Positions 1 to 8,505 of a stretch of 64,000 nucleotides of DNA are shown here, piece after piece. The stretch's first letter is position 1. Each line of letters starts with the position of its first letter. The DNA lies in contig CAZYTH010000005.1 in assembly GCA_964649715.1 (NCBI GenBank), positions 1,765 through 65,764 of the forward strand, read 5' to 3'. The notes under the pieces are model-generated. The model saw nothing but the letters and a program-made list of their open reading frames with translations. It was not told the DNA's origin and did no database searches. The translations under genes and the position numbers were made by a program. The DNA is from an uncultured Candidatus Saccharibacteria bacterium (GTDB lineage: Bacteria; Patescibacteriota; Minisyncoccia; Phycocordibacterales; UBA12445).

Positions 1-84
1 CATTATACTTATTACCGTAAACAATCTTAAATAATATTCTTTTCTAATTCTTGTTCTCTCTTTTTGAGTTATCAAATTTATCAT
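1..84 (-). CDS. Partial (5' end) probable PilN-like fimbrial assembly protein
   Basis: ATG at 84 overlaps the pilM stop (ATGA); reads MINLITQKERTRIRKEYYLRLFTVISIM, a PilN-like 'INL' start followed by a hydrophobic segment; runs off the window edge. Confidence 0.55.
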   Translation of the reverse strand, partial: MINLITQKERTRIRKEYYLRLFTVISIM

Positions 85-1187
85 TTCTTTGAAAATTTTT
101 TACAAAAAAAACGTTCGCACCTCTCTTCTTCCTTCAGAGCAAGACCGATGGCTGTTGAAAACTCAAGTGATTTATTTAATTGCATATCAGGAATTTCATC
201 TTTAAAAAGAAAAAGATTCACCCATGGATTTCCAATATCAACAGATATTCCCAAGCTTGAAGATAAATATTCTGAAATACCAGGAATTGATGCCTGAGAA
301 CCACAGAGCAATATCTTACTTATATCTTTTTCGTTACCAGGACTCTTGTGTGCATTCCAGTACCAATAATGTTTTATTATCTCATCACGAAGACTGGAAA
401 TAGAGGGCGCGAGACAAAAAAGGAGTTCTTGATTTTCTGGAGTTCTTAATAGTCCTTTCGAAAATTTTAACTTATTCGCATCGTCTTCACTCAAATTCAT
501 ATTATCCATTATTGCTCTGGTGAAAAAATCACCACCCATTTTCATTGTATATCCAAACCAAACAACTCCTCTGCTAACAATAGACAAAACTGATGTCGTC
601 CTTCCTACACGCACAATCATCATTGTCCCATCGTAGTCTTTTGGAACAAGCGATCTGGCCATTGATTCTGCTTCAACCTCAAAAGAAAGCGGGGTTATCC
701 CAGAGAGATCCATTATTCTCTCGTATGATTCAACTACGGTTTTTGGTAAGACAGCAACACTTATATCAATATACCCCCCAACCCCAGATACTTCGGATAT
801 TACAGAATAGTCAAAAACAAGCTCATCGGGAGAGTAAGGAATATGTTCCTCCAACTGAAGCTCGACGCTTTCTCTAATTTCACTTTTTCTCATATAAGGT
901 AGCCTGAATTTCAAAAAATAAGATTTTTCTTCTGGGAGCGAAATATGTGCCATTCTTATGTTATATTCTTTTTGAATATCTGTAAGGGTCTTTATCATCG
1001 CCTCGTCTTGTCCTTCATTCTCAAAAGGTTGAACACTTCTCTTAAAATGTCTACCCAAGCGAAGACCATCCCTTGTCGGAATAATTTCGACAAACCTAAC
1101 TGAATGGGAACAAATATCCAAGCCCATCGAGGGAAAATCTAAATACTTTGGTACAGGAAAAAATTCCAAAAAAGATTTCTTTACCAT
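81..1187 (-). CDS. pilM: Type IV pilus assembly protein PilM (actin-like)
   Basis: GLDI..SVRFVE N-terminal motif, IPY..DELVFDY, ILLCGS....G, NPW and FSTAIGLAL motifs typical of PilM. Confidence 0.9.
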   Translation of the reverse strand: MVKKSFLEFFPVPKYLDFPSMGLDICSHSVRFVEIIPTRDGLRLGRHFKRSVQPFENEGQDEAMIKTLTDIQKEYNIRMAHISLPEEKSYFLKFRLPYMRKSEIRESVELQLEEHIPYSPDELVFDYSVISEVSGVGGYIDISVAVLPKTVVESYERIMDLSGITPLSFEVEAESMARSLVPKDYDGTMMIVRVGRTTSVLSIVSRGVVWFGYTMKMGGDFFTRAIMDNMNLSEDDANKLKFSKGLLRTPENQELLFCLAPSISSLRDEIIKHYWYWNAHKSPGNEKDISKILLCGSQASIPGISEYLSSSLGISVDIGNPWVNLFLFKDEIPDMQLNKSLEFSTAIGLALKEEERCERFFCKKFSKK

Positions 1188-1314
1188 TTATTTAATTATA
1201 ACACGACAAAGAATAGGAACCAATCAAAAAATGATTTTAATTCGATTCATTTTTTATATAGCGACGGCAGACTTATCCGCCAAAACAACAAGACAATTTA
1301 AAATAAATCTATTT

Positions 1315-1704
1315 TCACAAACTAAACTTTTGTTTGTCTATAAAACTTTTCAATATAATGGCAGCGGCGGAAGCATCAAGCATCTCCCCTTTTCCTTGGA
1401 TCCTCTCTGCCTCAGCAGAACTCATAGACTCGTTTTCATAGACAACGTTTAAACCAGTTTCTTTTTCCAAAATATTTTTAAAAACAGCAACCATTCTCAT
1501 AATGCTATTATCTTTACCTTTGTAGTCCAACGATTCTCCTAAAATTATTTTAACCACTTTTTCTCTTTTGCAAATTTCTGTAATTTTTTTTATTAAATCT
1601 TTATTATTCTTTAAAACTGAATGAGGAAATGCAAAAACCCCCGTCTCATCAGACAAAGCAATACCTACTCTTTTTGTACCATAATCTATGCCAAGCAATC
1701 TCAT
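1315..1704 (-). CDS. yqgF: Holliday junction resolvase-like RuvX/YqgF (pre-16S rRNA nuclease)
   Basis: MRLLGIDYGTKRVGIALSD, NESMSS, DASAAAIIL motifs; start placed at the MRLL ATG, 6 nt after a TATATT box. Confidence 0.92.
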   Translation of the reverse strand: MRLLGIDYGTKRVGIALSDETGVFAFPHSVLKNNKDLIKKITEICKREKVVKIILGESLDYKGKDNSIMRMVAVFKNILEKETGLNVVYENESMSSAEAERIQGKGEMLDASAAAIILKSFIDKQKFSL

Positions 1705-1784
1705 CCTTTTAATATATAACACAAAAAGAATAAAGGCGAGAAAAAATAATTTCTTTTAAAATCCTTTTGTGGTATACTGGATTA

Positions 1785-2258
1785 GTGTCCGAGTATAAAA
1801 GAAATCCAAATAGTATATGCTCCGTTTGCTCAAAACCAATCTACAAGAGACCCTCACAAATTAAAAAAAATAAAGGAAAAATTTACTGTAGCTCCGTGTG
1901 CTATGGCATGTCCCTGAGAAAAGAAAAACCTTGCATAATTTGTGGTAAATTAATTTTAGCTGGCCTAAACAAAAAAACTTGTAGTAGGAAATGTTCAAAT
2001 AAAAACAGGGCGGGTATAAGATACAAAATTGGAAGACCAAAGGATAAGGTAAGTTCACTGCGAATTATAAAAAGAAGATTAATGAACGACAGAGGAGAAA
2101 AGTGTGAAAAATGTGGTTATGATAAATATGAAATACTACAAATTCATCACAAAAACAGAAACAATAAAGATAATAATTACAAAAATTTAGAAATTATTTG
2201 TCCTAATTGTCATTATGAAGAACATTATTTAGAAAACAGTTGGTTGAGAAAATATTAG
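1785..2258 (+). CDS. HNH endonuclease with N-terminal Cys-rich zinc-ribbon modules
   Basis: Several CxxC/CSxxC motifs and C-terminal CEKCG...LQIHHKNRN...N...NLEIICPNCHYEEH; GTG start 6 nt after TGgTATACT. Confidence 0.85.
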   Translation: MSEYKRNPNSICSVCSKPIYKRPSQIKKNKGKIYCSSVCYGMSLRKEKPCIICGKLILAGLNKKTCSRKCSNKNRAGIRYKIGRPKDKVSSLRIIKRRLMNDRGEKCEKCGYDKYEILQIHHKNRNNKDNNYKNLEIICPNCHYEEHYLENSWLRKY

Positions 2259-2312
2259 TTAGATGTTGAAAAATATATAAAAATCAATACACTTATCTAA
2301 TATAATAAAAAA

Positions 2313-2395
2313 GGAGGGTTGCGCCGAATGGTAAGGCACTAGTCTTGAAAACTAGCGGGTGAAAGCCCTTAGAGGTTCGAGTCCTCTACCCTCCG
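2313..2395 (+). tRNA. tRNA-Ser (anticodon TGA)
   Basis: GGAGGGT/ACCCTCC acceptor stem, anticodon loop CTTGAAA, long variable arm GGGTGAAAGCCC, T-loop TTCGAGT; CCA not encoded. Confidence 0.95.
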
Positions 2396-2608
2396 TAGCG
2401 AAGCGAAGGAGTTTAAAACAAATTTCTTTGCTTTAAAAGAGGACGAGAAGACCTTTTGAGGGTTTTTGTGTTCCGTCGTCTGACGGAGAAATAAAAAATC
2501 CAAAAGGTGTACTGAACATGTAATGTTCGAGTCCCTACCTCTACCTATCGGTAAATAGGTAGAGGTAGACAGGCCTGCCTGTCTGGTAGGCAGGCTCTAC
2601 TTTTCGTA
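2396..2608 (+). mobile_element. tRNA-associated element: inverted interrupted 3'-end copy + hairpins + direct 3'-end copy (with REP insertion)
   Basis: GGAG[hairpin]AGAGGACGAGAA at 2408-2449 is complementary to the tRNA 3' end; hairpin 2452-2507; GTTCGAGTC..CTCTAC direct copy 2525-2600 split by REP palindromes. Confidence 0.55.
2535..2594. repeat. Nested/tandem REP-like palindromes (CCTGCCTGCCGGCAGGCAGG family)
   Basis: CTACCTCTACCTATCGGTAAATAGGTAGAGGTAG followed by CCTGCCTGTCTGGTAGGCAGG; related copies at 12466, 17651, 50047. Confidence 0.7.
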
Positions 2609-2701
2609 ATCAAAAAACAAAACTCACCAAATAGTATATTTTTTGTTTATGTTTACAATGAATATGCTATAATTTGTTAATAGTAAATATCTAATTCAAA
2701 A

Positions 2702-3211
2702 ATGTACAACCAACCAGAAATCATTAATCCAATACCAAGAACGGCTGAAATATCATGGGAGGCCTATGAACACAAGCATCATCATGTGACCAATGACTGG
2801 TTTTGGACTGTTGCTCTTTTGGGTTTTGTAACTTCTCTAGTTTCTATATATTACAGCAATTATCTTCTTGCTATCTTTGCTATTGTCTCAAGTTTTACAA
2901 TAATAATGCTAAAAATTAAAGGGCCTCAGATACTTACAATAAGACTTACACCAAAGGGTATAATCGTTAAAGATTCCCTATACCCATACAACAGAATAGA
3001 ATCATTTTGCATCTATGAACAAGGATGCCATGGCATAAAAAGAACCAACGAACTCTCAATAAAATCAGACAGAACATTCATGCCACAGATAATACTACCA
3101 CTAGGTGAAATAGAGACAGATCTTGTCCGAAACTATCTATCAAGATATTTAATTGAAGAGCATCATGAAATACAGATTGCCGACGTTTTGTCGGAATTTC
3201 TAAAATTTTAA
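2702..3211 (+). CDS. Conserved membrane protein (2 TM helices + PH-like C-terminal domain)
   Basis: WEAYEH...DWFW N-terminus, two hydrophobic helices, GI.VKD.LYPY.RI.SF segment. Confidence 0.75.
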   Translation: MYNQPEIINPIPRTAEISWEAYEHKHHHVTNDWFWTVALLGFVTSLVSIYYSNYLLAIFAIVSSFTIIMLKIKGPQILTIRLTPKGIIVKDSLYPYNRIESFCIYEQGCHGIKRTNELSIKSDRTFMPQIILPLGEIETDLVRNYLSRYLIEEHHEIQIADVLSEFLKF

Positions 3212-3295
3212 TTATTACAAAAAAACGATTGACGGAATCCTCACTTTATTCGAATAATCGCCCCGATTATCATCGGGACTTTTTTGTTTTTATAC

Positions 3296-3457
3296 CCCTC
3301 AGTAGGATATCTTCCTCTACGAGGACTGTATAGCTTTCCCATTCCGATTTCGTTAAAACTCATCGGAATAAGGGAGAAGCTTTTCGATTCCTAACACAAT
3401 GCAAGCAGTTGCATTGTTCTGAGGGCATAATTAACATATGTTAATTTTATTAATTTA
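3296..3457 (-). mobile_element. tRNA-associated element downstream of tRNA-Arg
   Basis: TTCGATTCCTA[25-nt hairpin]CTGAGGGCA at 3383-3427 is an exact inverted copy of the tRNA 3' end; direct copy CCCTCAGTAGGA at 3296-3307. Confidence 0.6.
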
Positions 3458-3529
3458 TGCCCTCAGTAGGAATCGAACCTACGTCAGAAGCTCCGCAAGC
3501 TCCTATTCTATCCATTAAACTATGAGGGC
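3458..3529 (-). tRNA. tRNA-Arg (anticodon GCG)
   Basis: Minus strand GCCCTCA/TGAGGGC acceptor, anticodon arm GGAGC-TTGCGGA-GCTTC, T-arm GTAGG-TTCGATT-CCTAC. Confidence 0.93.
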
Positions 3530-3658
3530 GTCAGGCAAGTCAGGCAGGTCTAAGAAAAGACTAACTAAATTTACCTCATTAAATATAGGATAATATGCAA
3601 AATAAGTAAAACTGCATTAAGCGCTTTATAGAAGATTAAAAAGTTATCTTTTCTAAAC

Positions 3659-6600
3659 TTATTTATATTCTCTTAGCCAGAAATGTTCATCTTTTATTTT
3701 AATCAAAACTTTTGATGCCCCCTCTGGTCTTAAAAAAGAAAGTGATGAATTTGAACCACTCTGTTGTTTAACCAAAAAGAAACCAATTGCATCTCCTTTA
3801 GAAAAAAGCAAATCATTTATCTTTCCATCATTACGCATACTAAAAGATATTAAGGTATCTGATTTCTCCATGCCAGGGGTATATCTATGTATTTTTGGCA
3901 ATGATTCAAATGTGCCATCACCTTTATTTAAATAAATAATAAGATAACCACGATTACATAATAAGACAATGTCCTTTTTGCCATCATTATTATAATCAAT
4001 TGTAGCGGAACCCAAAATATCTAGAACTAAATCGTCTATATACCTCGTTCCATAATCTTTTCTTTCCTCAAATTCACCGTTGTTTTTTCCTAAGAAAATA
4101 CTAAAAACAGGAGATTGGTAGTCATAATAGACCCCGTTACTTAAACCAGCAGAATATGACGCTACAGCTAAATCAGAAATTCCATCATTGTTAAAATCGG
4201 CAATGATTGGTTTTCCTGGATAAGGTAGCGTGTAATATGTATTTTTCTTTTCTAATTCACCATCTTCATTTCCGAGCATTATTGCAATCGTACTTGTATT
4301 AAAATCAGAAGCAACAACATCACCAAATGTATCATTATTTATTTTGCCCGCTGTTAAGTATGCTTGTGCGACAGAATTGGTTGAGAATTGTTCGTCAAAA
4401 TTTGGATTTCCGTCATTTTTCAAACCGCCATTTTTCAAAACAGTAATTCCTGGAGTCCCCGCCACGATATCAATCTTTCCATCTCCATTTATATCAATAA
4501 TATCCAAATATTGGAAATAAGGAGAGTCTGTTCCAAAATAGATAGGCTGTTTAAATGTATTATCACCCTTGTTCATAACAACCGAAACATTTCTGTCATC
4601 ACCGACAGCAACTATATCAGCCTTTCCGTCACCGTCCAAATCCCCTATTTTTACTTTGCGTAGTCTCCATCCAACTGAAAATTCAGATACATTGTATTTA
4701 AAACCATCGATATTTTCAGTCCCATTTTGATTACTCAAAAAAACAGAAATTGAGGAAGCCTTCTTATTTGCTGTCACAAAATCAGGTATGCTGTCATTGT
4801 TGAAATCATAAATATCAATACCCCATGTTTCAACATCAGTACCATTGCTTCTAATTAATTGTTTAAGTTCTTTATAGTCTAAAGAGCTAGTCGTTTCGCT
4901 ATTTGCCTTAATCAAAGAGACACCATACATAACAACATTATTACCTTCTTTTTTTGTCATTCGAAGCGGAGATGTAAGGACACCCTTTGGATCAAAAGCT
5001 ATCTTTATTTCTTTATCATCATGCTTAACACGAAATCCGATATCAACAAAATCGACAAAAGGCAAACTACAATCTTTTGTTCCTGTCATTAGTTTTGTTT
5101 TTTCACAATTGCTCGTTTGGGTAAAAGTTTCTGTGGTGCATTTTGTTGCAGGATCAGGAGTCCATGTTGTATCAACACAATCCCCAACATTCACGGTCAC
5201 GCTCTTTGAATCACTTCCCCCGGGACCTTCACAAGACAGTGTGAAGGTTTTGCTTTCTCTTAAGCTTCCTGTGGACTGAGAAGAGTCAAGGGTTCCTAAT
5301 GTTCCAGGAGCTAAAGTACCCGACCAACCAGTACCACTTCTTGTACAAGATGTGGCGTTTTTGGCGGTGTATCTGATTGTTGTGGCTGTGTTGTAATCAA
5401 CAAAACCGTGACCAACCGTCAGAGTGACTTCTGGTGGTTTTATGCTTACAGTTTTTGAATCTTCTACTTTTGCACCATTTATTCCAATACATTCAACCTT
5501 GTATGTTTTTGAGGTGGTGAGGTTGCCAGTAGAGAAACTTGATAAACTTGTGTAGCTACTTGACCAATCCCCTGACCAATCCCCAAGTCTCCTACAAGAA
5601 ATAACGTTTGTTGTCGTGTATGTTAGTGTTGCTGGCGTATTATAATCAACGAGTTCTTTGTCGACTGTGAAGTTTAAAGTTGGTGAATCTAAAGGCAAAC
5701 TACAATCTTTTGTTCCACTAATACCTGTTCTAGTCGAACCACACTCTGTACCCGTTTGGGTGAAAGTTTCTGTAGTGCATCTTGTTGCAGGGTCAGGAGT
5801 CCATGTTGTATCAACACAAGCCCCGACATTCACGGTCACGCTCTTTGAATCACTTCCCCCGGGACCTTCACAAGACAGTGTGAAGGTTTTGCTTTCTCTT
5901 AAGCTTCCTGTGGACTGAGAAGAGTCAAGGGTTCCTAATGTTCCAGGAGCTAAAGTACCCGACCAACCAGTACCACTTCTTGTACAAGATGTGGCGTTTT
6001 TGGCGGTGTATCTGATTGTTGTGGCTGTGTTGTAATCAACAAAACCGTGACCAACCGTCAGAGTGACTTCTGGTGGTTTTATGCTTACAGTTTTTGAATC
6101 TTCTACTTTTGCACCATTTATTCCAATACATTCAACCTTGTATGTTTTTGAGGTAAAAAGATTACCAGTAGGGAAACCTGATGCACTTGTGTAACTACCT
6201 GACCAATCCCCAAGTCTCCTACAAGAAGTAACGTTTGTTGTCGTGTATGTTAATTTTGTTGATGTATTGTAATCGACTGAATCGTTCTCGACTATGAAAT
6301 TTAGAGTTGGGGCTCCTGGTTCTGCAACAGAAACAACTACCTCTTTTTCAACATCACTACCTCCTGGGCCAGAACAATTCAGTCTGTAGGTTTTGCTTTC
6401 TGTTAAGCTTCCTGTGTCCCAAGAAGAGCTAAGTGCCCCTGATGATGCATTAGGAGGTAACGAGCCACTCCAATCTCCGCTTTTTGTACAGGATGTTGCG
6501 TTTTTAGCTGTATATTTAAGATTGGTTTTTTCTCCATAATTAAGATTTTGTTTAGTAGCCTCTAATGTAACAACTGGAGGGTTTATACCTATTATTACGT

Positions 6601-8455
6601 CCTTCTGCTCTTTATTATCCTTAGAATCTAAACAGACTAATACAAATTTATATTCGGCCTTTAAATCGCCCGTATATTTAGAATTAGGTGAGGTATGAGA
6701 ACCATTCGATAACGTTAGATAACCATCATTACTACCGTTCTTTGTAAAGTAACAGCTTTTGGCATTTTTAACAGTATACCTAAGGTATGTGGCTTTATTA
6801 AAATCAACCTTTTCTGCGTCAGTTGTTAACGTAACCTCTGGGGCGTTTGAATACAGAGTTACTTCCTGCTTCACATCTCTCCCCCCGGGACCATCACAAG
6901 TTAGTGTAAATGTTGTTTGTTCTTTTATTGAACCAACATTTGTACTTAGGTTTACAAAAGAACCAGTTGTTGCTGAAGGATTTAAAGAGCCTTTCCAAGA
7001 ATCGTTTCCAGTTCTTGTACAAGAGGTGGCATTTTTAACACTGTATGTAAGGGTTACGGTATCTTTATAATCATAATTTATTTTATTGTCTTTAGCGCTT
7101 AACGAAACCTCTGGAGCGTTTATGCTTATGGTCACTTCCTTTTCTCCAGCGTCTCCTCCTGGTCCTGAACAGTTTAATTTAAATGTTGTACCAACCTTTA
7201 AGTTTCCTGTGGTTATGCTTCCAATTGCAATAGAGCTAAGAATAAGATTATTGTATGTACCACCGCTTAGTTTACAGGATGTGGCGTTTTTGGATGTATA
7301 TTTAAGAGTGGTGGCTTTACCATATTCAACGCTACTATCAACAACCGTCAGTGTGGATTCTGGAGCGTTTATACTTACGGTTTTTGTATCTTCTACTTTA
7401 TTACCATTAATTCCAGTACATTCAACCTTGTATGTTTTTGAGGTGGTGAGGTTGCCAGTAGTTACATTCGTGGCGCTTATCCCAGAGCCAGTCCATCCGT
7501 CGCTTCTCTTACAAGAAGCAGCATTTGTTGTCTTGTATGATAACGTTGTTGATGTATTGTAATCGACTGAATCTTCCTCGACTGTGAAGTTTAGAGTTGG
7601 ATCATTTATCGTTACCGTGGTTTCTGCACTAATATCCTGATTTAAACTATTTTTACAATTTATTTTGAAGGTTTTTTGTTCTTTTATCTCTGGAGAAGGC
7701 CTCGATAATACGGTTTGGTTTGTCCCTATGACTTCACTCCAATTGCTTGTACAACTCTTCGCATTTTTTGTTTCCCAACTAAGATTCACTTTTTCCCCTG
7801 AATTGACTTTATCCCTGTCAGATTTAATTGTAACAGTCACTGGGTTTTGTACAGGACCTTCAAAAGGAGGATTTTCCTCTACGGGAGTATTTGTCGTCGC
7901 ACCATAAACATTGATAAGGAAATCTGGAATAGTTCCACAATTTCTCCACGCACAATCAATATAAGCGGAAGTATTAGGATAACAATAAGCTACTCTGTAA
8001 GAATTTGCAGATATTTTTCGAGAACCATTAATATTCTCTACTGTCCAAGTTTTCGTGTAAGTATTGGACTGATTAGCACTTCTCCCAACCCCCTCTCTGT
8101 TTGATCCGTTTGAGCACAAACTGGTTCCAAATACATCATAAAAACCATAGAGGTCGCTTCTAATGCCCTGAACAGGCGTAGACATAGGTATTACTCCTGT
8201 GGCTGATTCTGTAATGGTGCAAGTAATCTTACTAAGAGCCTTAACACTAGCACCCGATCGAATCACATTTTCATTTGCATCTTTGCAGGTAATTGACGCT
8301 ACAAAACCGTCACCACATTTATTTGTTTCGCCCGCAGAAGGATGTTTCTGCCCAACCTCTCTGCATTCCGCTGCTTCCCCTGTTGCTGGAAAAAAAATAA
8401 ACAAAAAACAAATAAAAGAAAAAAATAAGATAAGTTTTTTTAGATTAATTTTCAT
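3659..8455 (-). CDS. Large secreted/surface protein with tandem Cys-containing Ig-like repeats and FG-GAP/VCBS beta-propeller
   Basis: Signal peptide; about ten ~80-aa repeats (L.Y...NA.SC...W.G...TGNL..SKT..L.C.GPGG); C-terminal DFNNDG/DINGDGK.DIV FG-GAP motifs. Confidence 0.85.
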   Translation of the reverse strand: MKINLKKLILFFSFICFLFIFFPATGEAAECREVGQKHPSAGETNKCGDGFVASITCKDANENVIRSGASVKALSKITCTITESATGVIPMSTPVQGIRSDLYGFYDVFGTSLCSNGSNREGVGRSANQSNTYTKTWTVENINGSRKISANSYRVAYCYPNTSAYIDCAWRNCGTIPDFLINVYGATTNTPVEENPPFEGPVQNPVTVTIKSDRDKVNSGEKVNLSWETKNAKSCTSNWSEVIGTNQTVLSRPSPEIKEQKTFKINCKNSLNQDISAETTVTINDPTLNFTVEEDSVDYNTSTTLSYKTTNAASCKRSDGWTGSGISATNVTTGNLTTSKTYKVECTGINGNKVEDTKTVSINAPESTLTVVDSSVEYGKATTLKYTSKNATSCKLSGGTYNNLILSSIAIGSITTGNLKVGTTFKLNCSGPGGDAGEKEVTISINAPEVSLSAKDNKINYDYKDTVTLTYSVKNATSCTRTGNDSWKGSLNPSATTGSFVNLSTNVGSIKEQTTFTLTCDGPGGRDVKQEVTLYSNAPEVTLTTDAEKVDFNKATYLRYTVKNAKSCYFTKNGSNDGYLTLSNGSHTSPNSKYTGDLKAEYKFVLVCLDSKDNKEQKDVIIGINPPVVTLEATKQNLNYGEKTNLKYTAKNATSCTKSGDWSGSLPPNASSGALSSSWDTGSLTESKTYRLNCSGPGGSDVEKEVVVSVAEPGAPTLNFIVENDSVDYNTSTKLTYTTTNVTSCRRLGDWSGSYTSASGFPTGNLFTSKTYKVECIGINGAKVEDSKTVSIKPPEVTLTVGHGFVDYNTATTIRYTAKNATSCTRSGTGWSGTLAPGTLGTLDSSQSTGSLRESKTFTLSCEGPGGSDSKSVTVNVGACVDTTWTPDPATRCTTETFTQTGTECGSTRTGISGTKDCSLPLDSPTLNFTVDKELVDYNTPATLTYTTTNVISCRRLGDWSGDWSSSYTSLSSFSTGNLTTSKTYKVECIGINGAKVEDSKTVSIKPPEVTLTVGHGFVDYNTATTIRYTAKNATSCTRSGTGWSGTLAPGTLGTLDSSQSTGSLRESKTFTLSCEGPGGSDSKSVTVNVGDCVDTTWTPDPATKCTTETFTQTSNCEKTKLMTGTKDCSLPFVDFVDIGFRVKHDDKEIKIAFDPKGVLTSPLRMTKKEGNNVVMYGVSLIKANSETTSSLDYKELKQLIRSNGTDVETWGIDIYDFNNDSIPDFVTANKKASSISVFLSNQNGTENIDGFKYNVSEFSVGWRLRKVKIGDLDGDGKADIVAVGDDRNVSVVMNKGDNTFKQPIYFGTDSPYFQYLDIIDINGDGKIDIVAGTPGITVLKNGGLKNDGNPNFDEQFSTNSVAQAYLTAGKINNDTFGDVVASDFNTSTIAIMLGNEDGELEKKNTYYTLPYPGKPIIADFNNDGISDLAVASYSAGLSNGVYYDYQSPVFSIFLGKNNGEFEERKDYGTRYIDDLVLDILGSATIDYNNDGKKDIVLLCNRGYLIIYLNKGDGTFESLPKIHRYTPGMEKSDTLISFSMRNDGKINDLLFSKGDAIGFFLVKQQSGSNSSLSFLRPEGASKVLIKIKDEHFWLREYK
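5187..6154. repeat. Intragenic direct repeat, ~329 bp copies at 5187-5515 and 5826-6154
   Basis: The two copies read identically from ACATTCACGGTCACGCTC to GTATGTTTTTGAGGT; offset 639 bp (213 codons). Confidence 0.9.
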
Positions 8456-8505
8456 TTTTTATATGTTTTATTAAGGTTTGCAGAGAACGCATTGAGAACA
8501 CAAAA

